DNA of 37,834 nucleotides from a virus: IMG/VR virus record IMGVR_UViG_3300040801_005339; one strand, 5' to 3'. Shown piece by piece: positions 32,120 to 37,834 of this stretch (position 1 is its first letter; each line of letters starts with the position of its first letter). The notes under the pieces were generated by a model. It saw only the letters and a program-made list of their open reading frames with translations, ran no database searches and was not told where the DNA came from. The position numbers and the translations under genes were made by a program.

Positions 32120-32749
32120 TTACTTTGCTGTCCTGTATGCAAACTTTAAATTTTTTGACATCAATTTATCAAAATTATTTTCAACTTCTTTGATCGAATT
32201 ATCGATTAGTTTCCAGCGCTCTGGTATTACAGATTTTCTTTTGAAGAAATATAAAAACATTAAATCTCTAGAATTTCCGTTTCTAACTGCAATAGCCTTA
32301 GTACCCCCCCTTGTTTTTGTCAAAAAAGGTTTATTTTTAACGTTAGCTAGTTTTCTTGGTGATTTCAGCAAGCCCCTTGGTTGTAGTCTTTTAGCGGATA
32401 AAGTCTCTCTACTAGGGTTTAAAATTTTTCTTCCTTCAGCTGTTGGGATTCCTAAGCTCCCTGATTGAGGTAACTTAATTCCACCTGTTATATTCATAGC
32501 TGCTATCTTGTCTCTAACGCCTAAAGTAGCTACTAGATTGTTTTTATCTGCTTTGACAACTTGCATTGTAGTCAACATTCTTCTCGTACGAAGACTAAAA
32601 TAATCACTCAGCTTGTTTCTTTCGCTGGATCTGATATCAAAAGCTAAATTATTTAAGGTTTTAGCGATAGCGAATTTATGATTTTTATCTAGATATTTCG
32701 ATAAAGTCCTATCGAAATCTTTCTTGTTAGTTTTGATTGCAAAGTTCAT
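32120..32749 (-). CDS. Hypothetical basic protein, 209 aa, first gene of the leftward late operon
   Basis: ORF track. No secure motif. Confidence 0.5.
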   Translation of the reverse strand: MNFAIKTNKKDFDRTLSKYLDKNHKFAIAKTLNNLAFDIRSSERNKLSDYFSLRTRRMLTTMQVVKADKNNLVATLGVRDKIAAMNITGGIKLPQSGSLGIPTAEGRKILNPSRETLSAKRLQPRGLLKSPRKLANVKNKPFLTKTRGGTKAIAVRNGNSRDLMFLYFFKRKSVIPERWKLIDNSIKEVENNFDKLMSKNLKFAYRTAK

Positions 32750-32767
32750 ATCTCAGCTCACGTTTCA

Positions 32768-32820
32768 CAAAACAAAATTACTTATAGCTCCTAAGCTATT
32801 AAGTAATTGATTTTGTTTTG
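32768..32820. repeat. Imperfect long inverted repeat (CAAAACAAAAT...TACTTA...TAGCT arms)
   Basis: Arms of 10+6+5 bp with two bulges around CCTA, immediately upstream of the start of gene 32749. Confidence 0.7.
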
Positions 32821-32847
32821 TTTAAAACTATAATATTTACAATACAC

Positions 32848-32898
32848 ACTAGTAATAATAATTAAACTACTAATACTTAGTAGTTAATTATTACTAGT
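32848..32898. repeat. AT-rich long inverted repeat / cruciform candidate
   Basis: ACTAGTAATAATAATTAAACTACTAA-TAC-TTAGTAGTTAATTATTACTAGT; 22 paired positions with two bulges. Confidence 0.7.
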
Positions 32899-33101
32899 AT
32901 TAAGTATAAATTAGTAGGCAAAAATTGTTAGCTGGAATAGGGAAATATCAGAATAATTCAAACTGATTATTTGATTATTAGTATTTGATTTTTTGTTTAT
33001 AAGCTCACTAATTTTGTTTTAAAGTGATTGTAATTGATTCTAAAGAACAGTCAAAGACCGCTGCAATAGGCTTTCAATAGTTTTAGTTGAAATTTATTAA
33101 T

Positions 33102-33195
33102 TTGCACAATCTAATAAAGATTTTTAATTACTACTGTGCATTATAAAGCTGAAATATTGATAACTCTTGATATATCTTGGTTTTCTAATTGTGCA
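33102..33195 (+). promoter_or_regulatory. Promoter/operator-like module, copy A
   Basis: TTGCACAATCTAATAAAGATTTTTAATTACTACTGTGCA, then TTGTGCA 55 nt after the proximal site. Confidence 0.55.
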
Positions 33196-33398
33196 AAAAT
33201 TGAATAATTAAACAGAAACTAGCTTTTTAACAGGCAAAAGCGAAATATCAATTTGATTTATGCGGCGAGTGTTAACTCTTCAAACCCAGTCAGATAAGAT
33301 TCTTTATCCGATCGGGTAAAGTCTGAAATAGGTTAAAAGACAGCCTCAGAATAAAATGAAATTTTGAATATTAATTAGTCTTCGAAAATTGAATATTT

Positions 33399-33493
33399 TT
33401 GCACAACTCTATGAAGATTATTAATTGCCACTATGCATAATAAGCAACAATCAATCCAATTCTTAAGCTGGCTCTAGATTTTCAAATTGTGCA
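33399..33493 (+). promoter_or_regulatory. Promoter/operator-like module, copy B
   Basis: TTGCACAACTCTATGAAGATTATTAATTGCCACTATGCA, then TTGTGCA 56 nt after the proximal site. Confidence 0.55.
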
Positions 33494-33583
33494 TTGTTAA
33501 TTTAAGTAAAAAAATAGCTTCTGTAGATTTTAATTTGAATTAATTCACACTGTTATTATTTTGTATTTAAAAATTGAATATTT

Positions 33584-33678
33584 TTGCACAATTGAATAGA
33601 GATTTTTAATTACTACTGTGCATAACAAATAAAAATTAGTTCAATAGTCAAGCTCTGTCTAACTTATGAAATTGTGCA
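33584..33678 (+). promoter_or_regulatory. Promoter/operator-like module, copy C (closest to the replication operon)
   Basis: TTGCACAATTGAATAGAGATTTTTAATTACTACTGTGCA, then TTGTGCA 56 nt after the proximal site. Confidence 0.55.
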
Positions 33679-33858
33679 TAGGAAATTTATACTTAATTCA
33701 TAAAATTAGCTGAAATTAAAATGTATATAGAATGCTTTTAAACCAAAATCTGATAATTCAAATGAGATTTAAATTTTGAATTAAAATAAATGCTACTTAA
33801 AACAAAATCAAATTTTGTTAAAGTTTAAGTGTTTGGTTTAAAACTTAAAATTTAAATC

Positions 33859-34530
33859 ATGAACGAAATAAACATTAGTAAAACATTTTTTGATAACAAT
33901 ATTTTTAATAAATTTACAAAACCGGATGAATTTAGATTACTGCTAATTATTCTAAGCTTTGGAAGTAAAGCTATTAATTTAAAACATCATCTTCTAAGCT
34001 TCGCAATAAAAGTAAAGAGTATTGACGAACTGCTTAATACTTTTCAAGATATTGGCTTTATTAAGATTGTCTGCAAAAAAACAGATGACCGGTCACGTCC
34101 AAGTACCGAAATTCAAATAACCGAAGAGTATTTCCAGTACAGCAATCTAAAAAAGGGTTACTTAAAAATACCAAAGTTTCTAATTTGTGGTCTAGATTCA
34201 TGTTTAGATTTCAAAATAGCTTTTTATTTACTAAGAAATAAGTTCAGAGAAAAATTTTGCATCGACTCTAAATCGCTTTTAGAGCTCCTTGATTACGGTA
34301 ATTTCGATTACATTAAAAAAAATCTCTTACCTAAAATAGCGACTATGATTAAATTCTATACAGGTGAACACTTTGAATATAATTTTGAGCGTTTCAGCAA
34401 AACAGTGACATTCATAAAGTTTTACTATTTTAAATCTAATAGCAAGAAAATTAAAAAAGCCAAAGGTACTAGCTTGGCTATTGCTAAAGAACCAAAATCT
34501 AATGAAGATGATACCCAAAAAGTAATCTAG
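33859..34530 (+). CDS. Putative replication initiator / replisome organiser
   Basis: 223 aa. Position between the repeat-rich non-coding region and the DnaB-type helicase. No secure motif. Confidence 0.35.
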   Translation: MNEINISKTFFDNNIFNKFTKPDEFRLLLIILSFGSKAINLKHHLLSFAIKVKSIDELLNTFQDIGFIKIVCKKTDDRSRPSTEIQITEEYFQYSNLKKGYLKIPKFLICGLDSCLDFKIAFYLLRNKFREKFCIDSKSLLELLDYGNFDYIKKNLLPKIATMIKFYTGEHFEYNFERFSKTVTFIKFYYFKSNSKKIKKAKGTSLAIAKEPKSNEDDTQKVI

Positions 34531-34537
34531 GCTTAAG

Positions 34538-35923
34538 ATGAAAGATAAATTTAATCAATATATAGCTGATACTTTTGATAGATTCAGATCAGCAGAGCAA
34601 TACAATTACGCTCAAATAGAAAAAGTTTTTCTTGGTTGCGTTTTAGCAATTGGTAAAAGTGCAATTGAAAAAGTAAAAGATCGTAATTTCGAACCTATAT
34701 TTTTTAATTCTCAAGATCAAGAAATATATAAGAACATATTATTTTTATATGACAGCAACATAGAAATTGACTTAGTAACCGTTAGTAACAGGCTAAGAAA
34801 CAACAAATTTCATTTATTAAACCCTTCATACAGATCGTACTTATTGAGCTTAACTGAGCTGTGCATAAACAGTTGGAATTTCAATGAATACTTAAATATA
34901 TTTATAGAAAAGCAAATTAGATACAACCTATTCAAACTTGTAAACAACATAAGTGATTATGCTTGTGGAGACTCTTTCGATAAAGATACAGCTATTGATT
35001 TTATCGAATCAAGCATGGAAATAGTTAGAGACGATAGAAAGTTGCTTGAGACTGAGCAGCCATTTAATCCTGATGATTTTATAAATGACATCTTAGAAGG
35101 ACAACCTAAAGAAGTGTGCGGCTTTAAAACAGGGTTTGCAGATTTTGATAATATAACTCTTGGCTTACAGCCTGGCAAATACTCTCTAATTGGCGCAAGA
35201 CCAAGTATGGGTAAATCTACGCTGGGATTGCAAATCGCTTATAATGTCCAAGCATTAAATGACACTCACGTGCATTTGCATTTAACGGAGTCTTCAAAAG
35301 AGGATACATGGACTAGATTAACAGCCATGGCAAGTCAAATACCGTCACGTAAAGTAAAGCTTAGAGATCTTAAAATGGACGAAAAAGCAAATATCAAGTT
35401 TGCATATGAAGAGAAGCTTAGAGAAATGAACCTGACCATGTATGACAAGACTAGTCAGACAGTCAATTACATTAAAGATCAGGCTATAAAGTCAAATAAA
35501 TCAGGTAAGAAAGTAGGTTTAATTATAGTTGATTACGTTCAGCAGCTGGAGTTACTCAAGCTAGATAACAGTGGTCGAGAACCAGACCAGAGAGTGACGA
35601 TAAGCCTAATTTCAAGGCAGCTTCAAAAGCTAGCTAAGGATTTAGATTGCCATGTGCTTGGATTGGCTCAATTGTCTAGGAATGTTGAGAGTCGAGCAGA
35701 TAAAAGACCTGTTTTATCTGATTTAAGAGAAACTGGAAACTTAGAGCAGGATTGTGACACGGTATCATTTTTATACAGAGATGATTATTACAACCCAGAA
35801 TCTGATCGCGCAGGAATGGCTGATCTAATAACTAGAAAAAATAGAGATGGCGCGCTTGGCACAGCTGAACTGCTGTTTAATGCAAGAATTCCAAAATTTT
35901 TACCAACGATAAAAATTCAATAA
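34538..35923 (+). CDS. dnaB: Replicative DNA helicase, DnaB family
   Basis: GARPSMGKST (Walker A), LIIVDYVQQL (Walker B), LAQLSRNVESR and DLRETGNLEQDCD blocks. Confidence 0.9.
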   Translation: MKDKFNQYIADTFDRFRSAEQYNYAQIEKVFLGCVLAIGKSAIEKVKDRNFEPIFFNSQDQEIYKNILFLYDSNIEIDLVTVSNRLRNNKFHLLNPSYRSYLLSLTELCINSWNFNEYLNIFIEKQIRYNLFKLVNNISDYACGDSFDKDTAIDFIESSMEIVRDDRKLLETEQPFNPDDFINDILEGQPKEVCGFKTGFADFDNITLGLQPGKYSLIGARPSMGKSTLGLQIAYNVQALNDTHVHLHLTESSKEDTWTRLTAMASQIPSRKVKLRDLKMDEKANIKFAYEEKLREMNLTMYDKTSQTVNYIKDQAIKSNKSGKKVGLIIVDYVQQLELLKLDNSGREPDQRVTISLISRQLQKLAKDLDCHVLGLAQLSRNVESRADKRPVLSDLRETGNLEQDCDTVSFLYRDDYYNPESDRAGMADLITRKNRDGALGTAELLFNARIPKFLPTIKIQ

Positions 35924-35960
35924 ATACAAATTGAGTTTACCTGAGTTTGCTTGAGTACCT

Positions 35961-36659
35961 TTGAGTGCTCACACTCATATATTAAGCAGCATTATTAAAT
36001 ATATGGCAAGCGAGAAATTAAAGCTAATACACATGCTGAGCGGTAGAAGACAATTTAAATACGCTGGTAAAAAGTTCAGCTTTGATGAAATTCGAATAGC
36101 TTATATGCTTTACGCGACACCCAATTATCTAATTGCTAAAAAGCTGGGTTACAAGCTAGAAACACTTTACAGCAAAGCAAACAAAATAAAGCAAAAACTT
36201 AAAAATATCGATGCGTTTATGAGCTTTAAAGAAAAGTCACTAGCATTAGTAGATAGTTTTGCAGAGTGCTACATAAACAGCTATAAGAAATTAAAAAAAG
36301 AAAAAGTGTTACTAACTCGAAACACTTTAAAAGCTGGCTTAGATTGGATTCTAGATGAGTTACTTGTTGACACCGTATCAAGCTATTTAAAAGATTGTGA
36401 AATCAAAGGTAGCATTATGCAAGATATTCTATTCTTGGGTAGTATTGATGCAAGTGAAGAATCGATTAAAAGCATGAAGCTAAATCAAGCTTCAGAGCTT
36501 TTAAACATTCACAGAAACTCGCTTACTCCTATATACAAGAGGATCTATTATTTTTTAAATAACATTCAATTAGTTAAAAAGGTTGACTTACTTTACATTT
36601 GTAGACAGTTAAGTTTAAAATCAGTCAGTTTCATAAACCAGGTGGCGCAGGATGACTAA
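35961..36659 (+). CDS. Hypothetical protein with HTH-like segments
   Basis: NYLIAKKLGYKLETLYSKANKIKQKL and ASELLNIHRNSLTPIYKRI look like HTH motifs. TTG start in the track; ATG 36004 is an alternative. Confidence 0.45.
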   Translation: MSAHTHILSSIIKYMASEKLKLIHMLSGRRQFKYAGKKFSFDEIRIAYMLYATPNYLIAKKLGYKLETLYSKANKIKQKLKNIDAFMSFKEKSLALVDSFAECYINSYKKLKKEKVLLTRNTLKAGLDWILDELLVDTVSSYLKDCEIKGSIMQDILFLGSIDASEESIKSMKLNQASELLNIHRNSLTPIYKRIYYFLNNIQLVKKVDLLYICRQLSLKSVSFINQVAQDD

Positions 36660-36894
36660 AATTCTAGAAAATCAAACTCAGGTTTTTAAGTCGACTTTTG
36701 AAAAGTCGATTCACAAATTAAGCTCTCATTCAGTTAGAAAATTTAGAAGCAAGCTTGGAAAAATTGAGGCAGTTTTTTCAAAAAAATCATTAGTAGCTTT
36801 TTCGATTAATTCAAACGAATTTTTCGTGAATAACAAAATTTTAGTTTCGCAAAAAGGAGGTAATTTTGAAGAAAAAAATAAAATCGCTAGTTAG
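36652..36894 (+). CDS. Hypothetical protein, 80 aa
   Basis: ORF track. 8-nt overlap with the upstream gene. Confidence 0.5.
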   Translation: MTKILENQTQVFKSTFEKSIHKLSSHSVRKFRSKLGKIEAVFSKKSLVAFSINSNEFFVNNKILVSQKGGNFEEKNKIAS

Positions 36895-37045
36895 AAAAGT
36901 TAGTAAATATATCATGTATCCCATTGGATTCGGCATTGATATGGCATGGGAAGCTGGCAGAATCAGCTTAAAAGTAATAAAAGGTATAAAAAATGGAAAA
37001 CAAGAACAAGTGCAAAACAAAAAATTGTCCAATGAAGCTAAATAA
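36866..37045 (+). CDS. Small basic protein, 59 aa (below the ORF-track cutoff)
   Basis: TTG preceded by AAGGAGG. MKKKIKSLVRKVSKYIMYPIGFGIDMAWEAGRISLKVIKGIKNGKQEQVQNKKLSNEAK. Confidence 0.35.
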   Translation: MKKKIKSLVRKVSKYIMYPIGFGIDMAWEAGRISLKVIKGIKNGKQEQVQNKKLSNEAK

Positions 37046-37098
37046 AAGTGGTTACTGCAACTACTGCAAAGCTAGACGGGTACTAAGAGGCAGGAAAA

Positions 37099-37599
37099 AT
37101 GCAAATAACAAATAATTTTAGCTTAAGAGAATTTCTTTACCCCGATAAAATGCCAGTTGAATTAAGGTTATTGAATCAAGGTATTTTTGATTTTTGGCGC
37201 GATTACAAACATGAACAGAGATCTGAATTTGACTACGCTTTTTACGGCTATGAATCACTTGATCAAGTGATCATGGAGAAAACAGACGAAGAAATCATTC
37301 GTAATGCTCATGCTGTTTTAAGTCAAATTCAGGTGGTCAGAGATTACTTTAAAAAGCCAGTGATTGTTACATGTGGCTTAAGGACTAAAACCTGGGATAT
37401 CTCAAGGGGTAGAAGCGGCAACAGTCAGCATTGCGAAGCACAGGCAGCTGATTTTTATGTCAAAGGTGTTGACTTAGAAGAGGTTTACAAGTTCTGTAAA
37501 ACTATATTTCATGGCGGCGGGTTAGCAATAAACCGCGCTGCTGGTTTTATTCATCGCGACATGAGGCATACTAGTAATTTAATCACATGGAATTATTAG
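37099..37599 (+). CDS. Endolysin candidate, peptidase M15 family (zinc D-Ala-D-Ala carboxypeptidase-like fold)
   Basis: SGNSQHCEAQAADF (SxHxxGxAxD-type) and GFIHRDMR (second His-Asp) motifs. 166 aa. Confidence 0.75.
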   Translation: MQITNNFSLREFLYPDKMPVELRLLNQGIFDFWRDYKHEQRSEFDYAFYGYESLDQVIMEKTDEEIIRNAHAVLSQIQVVRDYFKKPVIVTCGLRTKTWDISRGRSGNSQHCEAQAADFYVKGVDLEEVYKFCKTIFHGGGLAINRAAGFIHRDMRHTSNLITWNY

Positions 37600-37611
37600 G
37601 AGGGTTTTGAA

Positions 37612-37834
37612 ATGATGGACTTGCTAGACGAGCAATCAGAAATATCAAAGTTCGAATTTGACTCCTATGTTTCCAGCATTAGAGCGAAATCTAAAACTGA
37701 AAGAATTAGTAAAGTCAAGCTTAAGCAAGGTGAAATAGAAGCTTACAGATTTAACGATACCCTCATGTTTTTCACTCTAAAAAATAATGATGTTAAAAAG
37801 TACTATATTGGCGGGATCGCAAAAAAAAAAAAAG
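37612..37834 (+). CDS. Hypothetical 87-aa protein; ORF runs off the window end and continues at 118..158 after circularisation
   Basis: ATG 37612 with AGGAGGG 7 nt upstream. Open through the terminal repeat. Contains an in-frame A13 tract (AKKKKA). Confidence 0.55.
   Translation, partial: MMDLLDEQSEISKFEFDSYVSSIRAKSKTERISKVKLKQGEIEAYRFNDTLMFFTLKNNDVKKYYIGGIAKKKK
37718..37834. repeat. Terminal direct repeat copy 2, identical to 1..117
   Basis: Same as copy 1. Confidence 0.95.

Larger units (their letters stand above)
1..37834. mobile_element. Complete temperate phage / excised prophage genome, circular assembly (unique length 37,717 bp)
   Basis: Terminal 117-bp identity. Full set of integrase, attP-like tRNA fragment, replication, packaging, head, contractile tail and endolysin genes. 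Confidence 0.85.

Noticed and set aside
33102-33678. CRISPR-like array
   Set aside because: The repeat units are spaced 297 and 185 bp apart, are imperfect, carry promoter-like features, and have no cas genes nearby. A further copy lies 23 kb away. This is not a CRISPR architecture.
34327-35178. Minus-strand ORFs 34327..34518 and 34957..35178
   Set aside because: Both lie antisense to the initiator candidate and to the motif-rich DnaB helicase gene. There is no supporting signal.
36841-37032. 63-aa hydrophobic minus-strand ORF that could be mistaken for a holin
   Set aside because: It lies antisense to a Lys-rich plus-strand stretch, so poly-A codons read as Phe-rich on the other strand. 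It has no RBS and is oriented against the whole operon.
1-37834. Mu-type transposable phage, diversity-generating retroelement, retron or toxin-antitoxin module
   Set aside because: No transposase (MuA/MuB-like), reverse transcriptase, template/variable repeat pair, or recognisable toxin/antitoxin pair appears in any of the translated ORFs. The Mu resemblance is confined to the tail genes.

Overview
The window is a complete, circularly assembled genome of an AT-rich temperate tailed phage or excised prophage. Bases 1-117 are identical to 37718-37834, so the unique length is 37,717 bp.

Layout:
- (i) A long minus-strand virion operon runs from 32749 down to 12693. It has lambda-type packaging and head genes: Nu1-like TerS, GpA-type TerL, gpW, lambda-family portal, an S78 protease-capsid fusion and a DUF2190-like decoration protein. 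These are joined to a Mu/P2-type contractile tail: sheath, tube, a chaperone with a -1 frameshift, tape measure, gpN-, gpP-, gp45-, gp46-, gp47- and gpI-like proteins, and a fibre.
- (ii) A plus-strand lysogeny/early block spans 7359-12696. It holds an attP carrying the 3' part of a tRNA-Thr(UGU), a tyrosine integrase, a DinD-like protein, a LuxR-type HTH, a winged-helix protein and small membrane proteins.
- (iii) A plus-strand replication/lysis block spans 33859-37834 and wraps around the junction. It holds a putative initiator, a DnaB-type helicase and an M15 peptidase endolysin.
- (iv) A second, physically detached minus-strand operon runs from 7176 down to 148, next to attP. It starts with a Zn-ribbon protein and three small membrane proteins, then encodes a collagen-like protein and a metzincin metalloprotease, both with textbook Sec signal peptides, plus a repeat-containing fibre-like protein.

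Best candidates for something undescribed:
- the exported collagen/metzincin operon;
- a four-copy promoter/operator-like module with fixed three-site geometry (TTGCACA-32-CTGTGCA-56-TTGTGCA) heading both early operons, inside a 1.1-kb non-coding, palindrome-rich region;
- a Mu gpN-like gene whose conserved N-terminal 150 codons have no ATG/GTG/TTG start.

No CRISPR array, reverse transcriptase, transposase, rRNA or intact tRNA was seen. All family assignments come from motif recognition by eye, not from database searches.
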